From an uncultured Chthonomonadaceae bacterium (GTDB lineage Bacteria > Armatimonadota > Chthonomonadetes > Chthonomonadales > Chthonomonadaceae), in contig CAWIEK010000050.1 in the NCBI GenBank assembly GCA_963835065.1, positions 65,842-129,841 of the forward strand: a DNA stretch of 64,000 bases. The letters are read 5' to 3'. Numbering within the stretch: the stretch's first letter is position 1; every line of letters starts with the position of its first letter. Of the stretch, positions 57,329 to 64,000 are shown piece after piece. The position numbers and the translations under genes were made by a program. The notes beneath the pieces are model-generated. The model was not told the DNA's origin. It ran no database searches and saw nothing but the letters and a program-made list of their open reading frames with translations.

Positions 57329-59605
57329 ATGGAACCCACTCGAAGAGACTTCATTGCGACCGGTATTGCGCTTGCGGGGGCGGCGGGACTGACGCTGACG
57401 GAAAACGCCGCGAACGCGGCGGAACCGCATCCTGAACTGGGGGCGTCCGGGGAATCGCTTGCCGGCAATGCAGCGGACAAAGCGCAGGACCTTGCCACCG
57501 CCACAACTACAGATAAAATGCCGCTGACTACCAATCTGGGACAGCCGATCAGCACCGACCAGAATTCGCTGCGGGCAGGCGGGCGCGGCCCGGCCTTGCT
57601 GGAAGACTTTGTGCTGCGCGAAAAGATTCAGCACTTCGATCACGAGCGCATCCCGGAGCGCATCGTTCATGCGCGGGGCGCGGCGGCGCACGGTTATTTT
57701 CAGGTGTATCAATCGCTTGCCGACATTACCGCCGCCAAAGTGCTGCACGACCCGGCGGTGAAAACGCCCGTGTATGTCCGGTTTTCCACCGTTGCCGGAT
57801 CGCGCGGTTCGGCGGATACCGCCCGCGATGTGCGCGGCTTTGCCGTCAAGATGTACACGCAGGAGGGCAACTGGGACCTTGTCGGCAACAACATCCCCGT
57901 ATTCTTTATTCAGGACGCGATTAAATTCCCCGACCTGATCCATGCCGTAAAGCCCGAACCGCACAACGAAATACCGCAGGCGGCTTCCGCCCATGATACT
58001 TTCTATGATTTCATTTCACTGACGCCCGAATCCATGCATATGCTGATGTGGGTAATGAGCGACCGGGCGCTTCCCCGCAGTTTCGCCATGATGGAGGGCT
58101 TTGGCGTTCACACATTCCGGCTGGTCAATGCGCAGGGCAAGTCCACCCTCGTCAAGTTCCACTGGAAACCGCTTTTGGGCGTCCACTCGCTTGTGTGGGA
58201 CGAGGCGCAGCAGATTGCGGGGAAAGACCCGGATTTCCACCGCCGCGATATGTGGGAATCCATTGAGCAGGGCCGCTTTCTGGAATGGGAATTGGGCCTG
58301 CAAACCATTCCCGAAGGCGAAGAGGGTAAATTCGATTTCGACGTTTTGGACGCCACCAAAATCTGGCCCGAAGAATTGCTGCCCGTGCGTCGGGTCGGCA
58401 AAATGACGCTCAACCGCAATCCCGACAACTACTTCGCCGAAACCGAGCAAGTGGCGTACAGCACCACCAACATCGTGCCGGGCATTGATTTCACCGACGA
58501 CCCGCTGTTGCAGGGGCGCAACTTCTCCTATCAGGATACGCAGTTAAGCCGGCTTGGCAGTCCCAACTTTACCGAACTGCCGATCAACCGCCCGATTTGT
58601 CCCGTATCCAACAATCAGCGCGACGCCCACATGCGGCACACCATCAATAAAGGCCGCGTATCGTATTCGCCCGCATCGCTGGACGGACATTCGCCTGACG
58701 AAGCGATCCCTCCGCGCGGCGGATTTGTCAGCTACCGGGAGACGGTAAGCGGGCCGAAAGTGCGCGAACGCAGCAAAAGTTTCGATGACCATTACGGACA
58801 GGCGCGCTTGTTCTGGAACAGCATGACGCCGCCCGAAAAGGAGCATATCGTCAAAGCGCTGCAATTCGAGTTGAGCAAAGTGGAAACTCGCGCCGTGCGG
58901 CAGCGGATGCTGGGCCATCTGGTAAAAATCAACGACGCGCTGGCCGCGCAGGTTGGGGCGGCGATTGGCGAAACCGCGCAGGGCAGCCAGGCTCCCGCCA
59001 AGCCCGGTGGAACCGCCGATTCGGTAGAGGAAACCCGGTCCCTCGCCAATGCCACAACGCCCACAACAGCATCGGGCGGCGTACAAAAGTCGAAGGCATT
59101 GAGCATGGCAGGGCAGCCAAGCAGCGCGAAATCCCGGAAAGTGGCGATACTGGTGGAAGCGGGCGTGGATGGGACGCAAGTGACTGCCATGCAGCAGGCG
59201 CTCAAAGCGGCGGGCGCGGCCAGTGACATCGTCGGCCCGCACCTGGGAACGATTGGCGGCAAAAACGGCGCGAATGTGGAAGCCAACAAAACGTTTGCCA
59301 ACAGCAGCCCGGCCACTTACGATGCCGTGTACGTGCCGGGTGGTACAAGCGGCGCGGCGCTGAAACTGAAGGGAGACGCCCGCGTTTTTGTCGCCCAAAC
59401 CTACAAGCACGCCAAAGCGATTGGAGCGACGGGCGAAGGCGTAGACCTGTTGACAGCATCCCTGCCGGAAGGCGCGGCTATGAACCAGATGGGCGTCGTT
59501 TCGGAGCGGGAAGCCGCGCAGCGCGATGCCGCTATCCAGAAGTTTATTGCCGCAGTGGGGACAAGGCATTGGGGACGGCCTTCGCTTGATCGCGTATCGG
59601 CCTAA
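57329..59605 (+). CDS. katE: Large-subunit (HPII-type) catalase with twin-arginine signal peptide
   Basis: [23 protein letters not shown] Tat-like signal. Catalase core RERIPERVVHARG-type ([20 protein letters not shown]) and C-terminal DJ-1/PfpI-like domain. Confidence 0.9.
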   Translation: MEPTRRDFIATGIALAGAAGLTLTENAANAAEPHPELGASGESLAGNAADKAQDLATATTTDKMPLTTNLGQPISTDQNSLRAGGRGPALLEDFVLREKIQHFDHERIPERIVHARGAAAHGYFQVYQSLADITAAKVLHDPAVKTPVYVRFSTVAGSRGSADTARDVRGFAVKMYTQEGNWDLVGNNIPVFFIQDAIKFPDLIHAVKPEPHNEIPQAASAHDTFYDFISLTPESMHMLMWVMSDRALPRSFAMMEGFGVHTFRLVNAQGKSTLVKFHWKPLLGVHSLVWDEAQQIAGKDPDFHRRDMWESIEQGRFLEWELGLQTIPEGEEGKFDFDVLDATKIWPEELLPVRRVGKMTLNRNPDNYFAETEQVAYSTTNIVPGIDFTDDPLLQGRNFSYQDTQLSRLGSPNFTELPINRPICPVSNNQRDAHMRHTINKGRVSYSPASLDGHSPDEAIPPRGGFVSYRETVSGPKVRERSKSFDDHYGQARLFWNSMTPPEKEHIVKALQFELSKVETRAVRQRMLGHLVKINDALAAQVGAAIGETAQGSQAPAKPGGTADSVEETRSLANATTPTTASGGVQKSKALSMAGQPSSAKSRKVAILVEAGVDGTQVTAMQQALKAAGAASDIVGPHLGTIGGKNGANVEANKTFANSSPATYDAVYVPGGTSGAALKLKGDARVFVAQTYKHAKAIGATGEGVDLLTASLPEGAAMNQMGVVSEREAAQRDAAIQKFIAAVGTRHWGRPSLDRVSA

Positions 59606-59659
59606 TGTGCAAGCCAACTCAAGGCAGACGACAGTGAGTTTGCAATAGAGGAGAACTGG

Positions 59660-59690
59660 AAAAGCCGCGAAATCGCGGCTTTTCTGTTGC
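59660..59690 (+). terminator. Rho-independent terminator after katE
   Basis: Stem aaaagccgcg / cgcggctttt, loop aaat, followed by T-rich sequence. Confidence 0.7.
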
Positions 59691-59798
59691 AAGCGCTGAG
59701 ATACGCTTTGAAAATCAATCTTCTTAGTCTTAAAACGTATATGAAATATGTTGTAAACGGAAGAGGTGAATGTGGAGAAGTACGGAGGAGAAAGCCCC

Positions 59799-61346
59799 AT
59801 GAGCGCAAGGCAAATTCTGATTGTCGGAGCCGGGCCAACGGGACTCGCGCTGGCGCTGTTTCTTGCCAAAGCCGGCGTGATGCCGCGCATTATTGATAAG
59901 AATTCCGGTCCCGGTCAGGCGTCGCGCGCTATGGCGGTGCAGGCGCGGACGCTGGAATTCTACCGCCAACTCGGTTTCGCCGAAGAATTGGTGAGCAAGG
60001 GCATTCCCATCGAAGCCATTCACCTGCGGGCGCATGACCACATCGTTTCGCAGATTACAATCGCCGAATTCGGCAAGGGCATGAGTCCCTACCCCTTCGT
60101 ACTCAGTTTCCCGCAGGATGACCACGAGCGGCTGCTTGTCGCGCACCTCCAGGCTGCGGGTATCGAGGTGGAGTGGGAAACGGAATTAAAGGAACTGCGC
60201 GATACGGGCGAGGCTGTTGGCGCAACCTTACAAAAGAAGGACGGCACGCAGGAGGAGTGTACCGCCGCCTACATTTGCGGCTGTGACGGCGCGCGCAGCA
60301 CAGTGCGCGAAGATTTACGGCTCGGATTCGCCGGAGGAACCTACGACAAGACGTACTTCGTGGCCGACGTGGAAGCAACGGGCGAAGCGGCGCAAGGCCG
60401 TAACTTCAGCTTCTGTCTCGGCGCGCAGGATTTTTTGATCGTGCTGCCCGTCCGCAGTACGGGCATGAACCGGCTGATCGGCATTGTCCCGGAAGAATTT
60501 AAGGGGCGGGAGAACGTTGTTTTTGACGATATACGCCCGTTTGCCGAAAAAGCGGCGGACATTCGCGTGGAAAAAGTCAACTGGTTTTCCACGTATCGCG
60601 CCCATCACCGCGTCGCCGAGCATTTCCGCGCAGGCCGCGTGTTTGTTGCGGGCGATGCCGGGCATATCCACAGTCCCGTCGGTGGGCAAGGTATGAATAC
60701 GGGCATAGGCGATGCCGTCAATCTGGCGTGGAAACTGGCCGCTGTGGTTGCGGGCCGCGCCGATGCCTCCCTCCTCGACACCTATGAGCCGGAGCGTATC
60801 GCTTTTGCCCGTTCGCTCGTGGCAACGACAGACAAGATGTTCCAACTGATGACCGGATCGGGCAGAGGCAATCAACTATTTCGGGAAACGCTGTTCCCGC
60901 ACCTTGCGCCGTTCGCGTTCGGCTTTTCGGGAGCGCGTACCGCCGCCTTCCGCATGGTTTCCCAAACGCGCATCAACTACCACCAGAGCGCGTTGAGTGA
61001 AGGGGAAGCGGGCGATGTTCATGGCGGGGATCGCCTGCCCTGGGTTCCGCAGGCTCAGTCTGATGGGGGTGACAACTTTGCGCCGCTGCAATCCGTAGAC
61101 TGGCAGGTTCATATTTACGGGGTTGCGGAACAAGCGCTGCGCGAGGCTGCGCAAAACGCCAACCTTGCCCTGCATGAGTTCGGCTGGAACGAGCAGGCGG
61201 AAAAGGCCGGATTGAAGCGCGATGCCCTGTATCTTATCCGGCCTGACGGCTACGTCGCGCTTGCGGACGCGGGGCAGGATGTGGCAAAACTCCAAGCCTA
61301 TCTTTCCAAATTCAAGATCGCGCCGCGCAATACGGTGGCTTTGTAG
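59799..61346 (+). CDS. FAD-dependent aromatic-ring monooxygenase (PheA/TfdB-like)
   Basis: ATG 59799 lies 8 nt after GGAGGAG. ILIVGAGPTGLALALFLAKAG (GxGxxG), GCDGARS and GDAGHIHSPVGGQGMNTG motifs. Confidence 0.85.
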   Translation: MSARQILIVGAGPTGLALALFLAKAGVMPRIIDKNSGPGQASRAMAVQARTLEFYRQLGFAEELVSKGIPIEAIHLRAHDHIVSQITIAEFGKGMSPYPFVLSFPQDDHERLLVAHLQAAGIEVEWETELKELRDTGEAVGATLQKKDGTQEECTAAYICGCDGARSTVREDLRLGFAGGTYDKTYFVADVEATGEAAQGRNFSFCLGAQDFLIVLPVRSTGMNRLIGIVPEEFKGRENVVFDDIRPFAEKAADIRVEKVNWFSTYRAHHRVAEHFRAGRVFVAGDAGHIHSPVGGQGMNTGIGDAVNLAWKLAAVVAGRADASLLDTYEPERIAFARSLVATTDKMFQLMTGSGRGNQLFRETLFPHLAPFAFGFSGARTAAFRMVSQTRINYHQSALSEGEAGDVHGGDRLPWVPQAQSDGGDNFAPLQSVDWQVHIYGVAEQALREAAQNANLALHEFGWNEQAEKAGLKRDALYLIRPDGYVALADAGQDVAKLQAYLSKFKIAPRNTVAL

Positions 61347-61560
61347 TTGCGCTTGATGGAGACAAGCCTTTCTTCAAGCAACCCATTTGGAACGCCAGTG
61401 TTCTTCGGCGCCAGAATGACCGTCTTTGTCGGGTACAGTAAATACCGTTGTATCCCGTAAGCAGCCGAGTAAGCCTTGAAAAAACATCCAAAACCAATTC
61501 CCGGAGATTGCCCGTGCCGTTTCACTCTAACAAGCCATTTGCCCGACCACCCTCTGGCTG

Positions 61561-62142
61561 CTTGCGGGCGTTTGCGTTGGCGCAGGCAGCCTTTGGTATC
61601 TTCGCAGGCGACGCGCCCGGACAAACCGTACAACGAATGGCTCGTCAGGCAAAACGCCACTTCCCATTCCTAACGCAAACCCCGGCGATATACTCCTCTT
61701 TCACAAAGCGCGGGGGCTGAACCGGCTGATTACCGGCTTTACCGGTTCCCCCTTCTACCACGCCGCCCTGTACGCCGGGGAGGGCAAAACGGTGGAAGCG
61801 CGAACGCCGGGCGTGGTGAGTCAGGATTTGCGGGGGCGGGAAAACGATTTTGTAGTCGCTCCCGCCCCGGAAGGCAAAGGGGAAGCCGCGCTTGCCTGGG
61901 CAAAGTCACAGGTCGGCGATGCGTATGATGATCTGGATGTGGGCGTGATTATTCTGGATCACTTATGCCGTTTCATCCATTTCAACTACACGCCCCGCAA
62001 CAAATACTCCTGTGGCGAGTTTGTCGCCGTTGCCTTTGACAAAGCGGGCGTTCCCCTGTTCCCGGAGCGCGATCTGGGCGATGTGGTTCCCGGCGACTTC
62101 GCGCCATTCGTGCCGCCCCTGCAACGGGAACGAGCGCGCTGA
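61561..62142 (+). CDS. Permuted papain-like (YiiX/C92-type, NlpC/P60-related) protein; start uncertain
   Basis: The frame is open from 61531. PGDILLFHKARG...FYHAALYAGEGKTVEARTPG...YSCGEFVAVAF pattern. Only the 61792..62142 part appears in the track. Confidence 0.5.
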   Translation, partial: LAGVCVGAGSLWYLRRRRARTNRTTNGSSGKTPLPIPNANPGDILLFHKARGLNRLITGFTGSPFYHAALYAGEGKTVEARTPGVVSQDLRGRENDFVVAPAPEGKGEAALAWAKSQVGDAYDDLDVGVIILDHLCRFIHFNYTPRNKYSCGEFVAVAFDKAGVPLFPERDLGDVVPGDFAPFVPPLQRERAR

Positions 62143-62191
62143 TTGCGCCAACCTTGTTGAAAGTATAACACGCAAAGGTCTGTGAAATTCT

Positions 62192-63172
62192 ATGAACCGC
62201 CCACCCGCCGAATATACGCTGCTTCCCGCCGATGAATTGCGCTCCTTTATCGCGCAGGTGTTTACCCACGCGGCCATGCCTGCGGACAAGGCCGCTTTTC
62301 TCGCCGACCTGTTGGTTACAAACGACCTGCGCGGCGTTTTCAGTCACGGTACACAGCAGACGACCCGCTACGTCGAACAATTTCAGGATGGCGAATTGAC
62401 GCCCGCAGCCGAAATCACCACGCTTGTCGAATCCCCGACGATGCTGGTTCTGGACGGCGGCGGGGGCTTGGGCTATTTCCCCTGTCACCAGGCCACCACG
62501 CGCCTGATTGCCAAAGCGCAGGAGTCGGGCATTGCCGTAGCCACCACGCGCAATCATGGACATTTCGGCGCGGCGGGCATTTACGCCCGCATCCCTCTGA
62601 CCATGACCTATTTTGCTATGTCACGTCCGGCCACCAGTTGAACCTGCATTCGGGCGATTTCGTCATGTCGGCAGCCGGCGGCTCGCCAATGGCCTTCGGC
62701 ATCCCCACCGGGAGTGAACCGCCTTTTGTTCTTGACTTCGGCGCAATCCACGATATGTATCTGGGGCCGGAAGCGATGAAGCCGATACTGGAACTCGTGC
62801 CCAGTACCGTCCTGCGCAGTTTCGGGCTGGGATGCGCTTGCCAGGCGCTCGGCGGGCTGTTGTGCGGCGTTCCCATAGATGCGGAGCGGGCGCAGCGCCA
62901 ATGGCCGGGCGCAAATCAAGGAAGTTTTATCATCGTCGTGGACATCGGCAAACTGTTTCCATTAGAACCAGTTCAAGCGGGAGATGGACGAGTACGCGCG
63001 CCGGGTGCGGCAACTGACGCCGTTTGCGGGCATCGAGCAGGCGCTTTTACCCGGCGCAATCGAATGGGAACGGGAACAGCGAAGCATACAGGAGGGTATT
63101 CCCATCAGCCCGCGCCATGCGCAAGCCCTGCGCAAACTGGCATCGGAGTGCGGCCTCCCTGCCCCGCTTTAA
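62192..63172 (+). pseudogene. Ldh_2 family (malate/L-lactate/ureidoglycolate-type) dehydrogenase, two frame changes (~62610 and ~62965)
   Basis: N-terminal 149 aa (..DLRGVFSHGT..VLDGGGGLGY..TRNHGHFGAAG) then SGHQLNLHSGDFVMSAAGGSPMAFGIP... and ..MDEYARRVRQLTPF..LPGAIEWERE in other frames. Confidence 0.65.
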
Positions 63173-63219
63173 GTAAGCTTCGAAGTGAGACCTTGTTAAG
63201 GAAACCTATAGGAAACAGA

Positions 63220-64000
63220 ATGGAAGAGGAAACGACAAGGCGGGAGTTTATGCAGGGGTGTTTGATGGCTCCGTTCGCCCTGTCGGCAATGGAAGCGGCG
63301 AACGCGCAGGAGGCTGCCCCTGTCCGGCGTCCGAAACTCGCGGTGATTTTGACGCAGTACGGCGCGACAAGTCACGGCCTTTGCTACTGCACCAAGTTTC
63401 TGGAAGGCAAGCAGTTCGACGATCATTTTGAACCGGCGCGGTGCGATGTGGTGGCGATGCGCCTGATGGAAATCGCTGCCGACGATATTGGCGTGGCGAC
63501 CGCGAAGAAGCATAACGTGCCGCTGTATCCCTCCGTAGCCACTGCGCTCTGTCAGGGCGGAGACACGCTGGCCGTGGATGGCGTCGTGATTATCGGGGAG
63601 CATGGCACGTATCCGCTCAATGCCAAAGGCCAGCAGTTGTACCCGCGCCGCGAATTGTTCGATCAGGTTATCAATGTGTTTCGGCAGTCCGGGCGCGTCG
63701 TGCCTGTCTTCAATGATAAACACATGAGCTGGAACTGGACATGGGCCAAATATATGTGGCGAACTATTCAGGAGATGCGTATTCCCTGGATGGCGGGAAG
63801 CAGTCTGCCGTTCTCCAAATTCGAGCCGCTTGTTCCCCTGCCGCATCGCGCAAAACTGGATCACGTCATCGCAGTAGGCTACGGCGGGCTGGAATCGTAT
63901 GGCTTTCATGCGCTGGAAACCGGGCAGCATATCGTGGAGTGTCGGGCGGGCGGCGAGGTGGGCGTGAAGAGCGTACAGGTTCTTTCCGGGACGGCGGTCT
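63220..64000 (+). CDS. Tat-signal protein, 3' end outside the window (absent from ORF track because no stop is reached)
   Basis: ATG 63220. My translation: MEEETTRREFMQGCLMAPFALSAMEAANAQEAAPVRRPKLAVILTQYGATSHGLCYCTKFLEG.... Protein-like composition throughout; the antisense track ORF 63196..63930 is Arg-rich junk. Confidence 0.6.
   Translation, partial: MEEETTRREFMQGCLMAPFALSAMEAANAQEAAPVRRPKLAVILTQYGATSHGLCYCTKFLEGKQFDDHFEPARCDVVAMRLMEIAADDIGVATAKKHNVPLYPSVATALCQGGDTLAVDGVVIIGEHGTYPLNAKGQQLYPRRELFDQVINVFRQSGRVVPVFNDKHMSWNWTWAKYMWRTIQEMRIPWMAGSSLPFSKFEPLVPLPHRAKLDHVIAVGYGGLESYGFHALETGQHIVECRAGGEVGVKSVQVLSGTAV

Noticed and set aside
1-64000. rRNA, tRNA or tmRNA genes
   Set aside because: I scanned the intergenic regions by eye and found no cloverleaf-like or rRNA-like sequence. 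A tRNAscan/Infernal run would be needed to exclude small RNAs formally.

Overview
GC-rich bacterial chromosomal segment, about 55 protein-coding genes. By eye I found no rRNA, tRNA or CRISPR array. The backbone is ordinary metabolism and envelope functions. It includes Gfo/Idh/MocA oxidoreductases, enolase-superfamily enzymes, a PAS-GGDEF-EAL protein, a five-gene glycosyltransferase/dehydrogenase/epimerase operon and a rhomboid-TPR protein. Also present are a LarA-like protein, a YfhO-like membrane protein, an MFS transporter, rsmG, a prepilin-type DUF1559-like protein and a PQQ sugar dehydrogenase. The rest comprises a primary-type sigma factor, cysteine desulfurase, PspA/IM30, an AI-2E transporter, prolyl oligopeptidase, a Tat-signal HPII catalase and an FAD monooxygenase. 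The gene content (DUF1559-type pseudopilin, PEP-CTERM protein, Tat-signal oxidoreductase-like proteins) is compatible with an Armatimonadota/PVC-like organism, but taxonomy cannot be determined from this window.

Five things stand out.
1. A two-gene ABC-type ATPase plus PIN-like nuclease module sits in an AT-richer pocket (4.3-6.3 kb). It is a candidate defence system, and its ATPase is split at an A6 run.
2. A 2.4-kb XRE/ImmA(IrrE) cassette carries two unassignable ORFs. It is inserted between a DUF4230-like gene and that gene's own terminator, and is bounded by 15-nt direct repeats (50.3-52.8 kb).
3. A modular family of 7-10 nt tandem repeats is arranged as inverted pairs (hairpin cassettes). 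They lie mostly just outside gene ends, but several sit in frame inside coding regions.
4. Three neighbouring HEAT-type genes share a tripartite C-terminal LLR tail. Two of them are separated by a 51-nt perfect inverted repeat of a REP-like element.
5. About 14 genes are broken by frameshifts or a stop codon, while many long genes are intact. The broken set includes a ~4.6-kb repetitive PEP-CTERM surface-protein gene.

All functional calls rest on motif recognition in the supplied translations. No database search was run.
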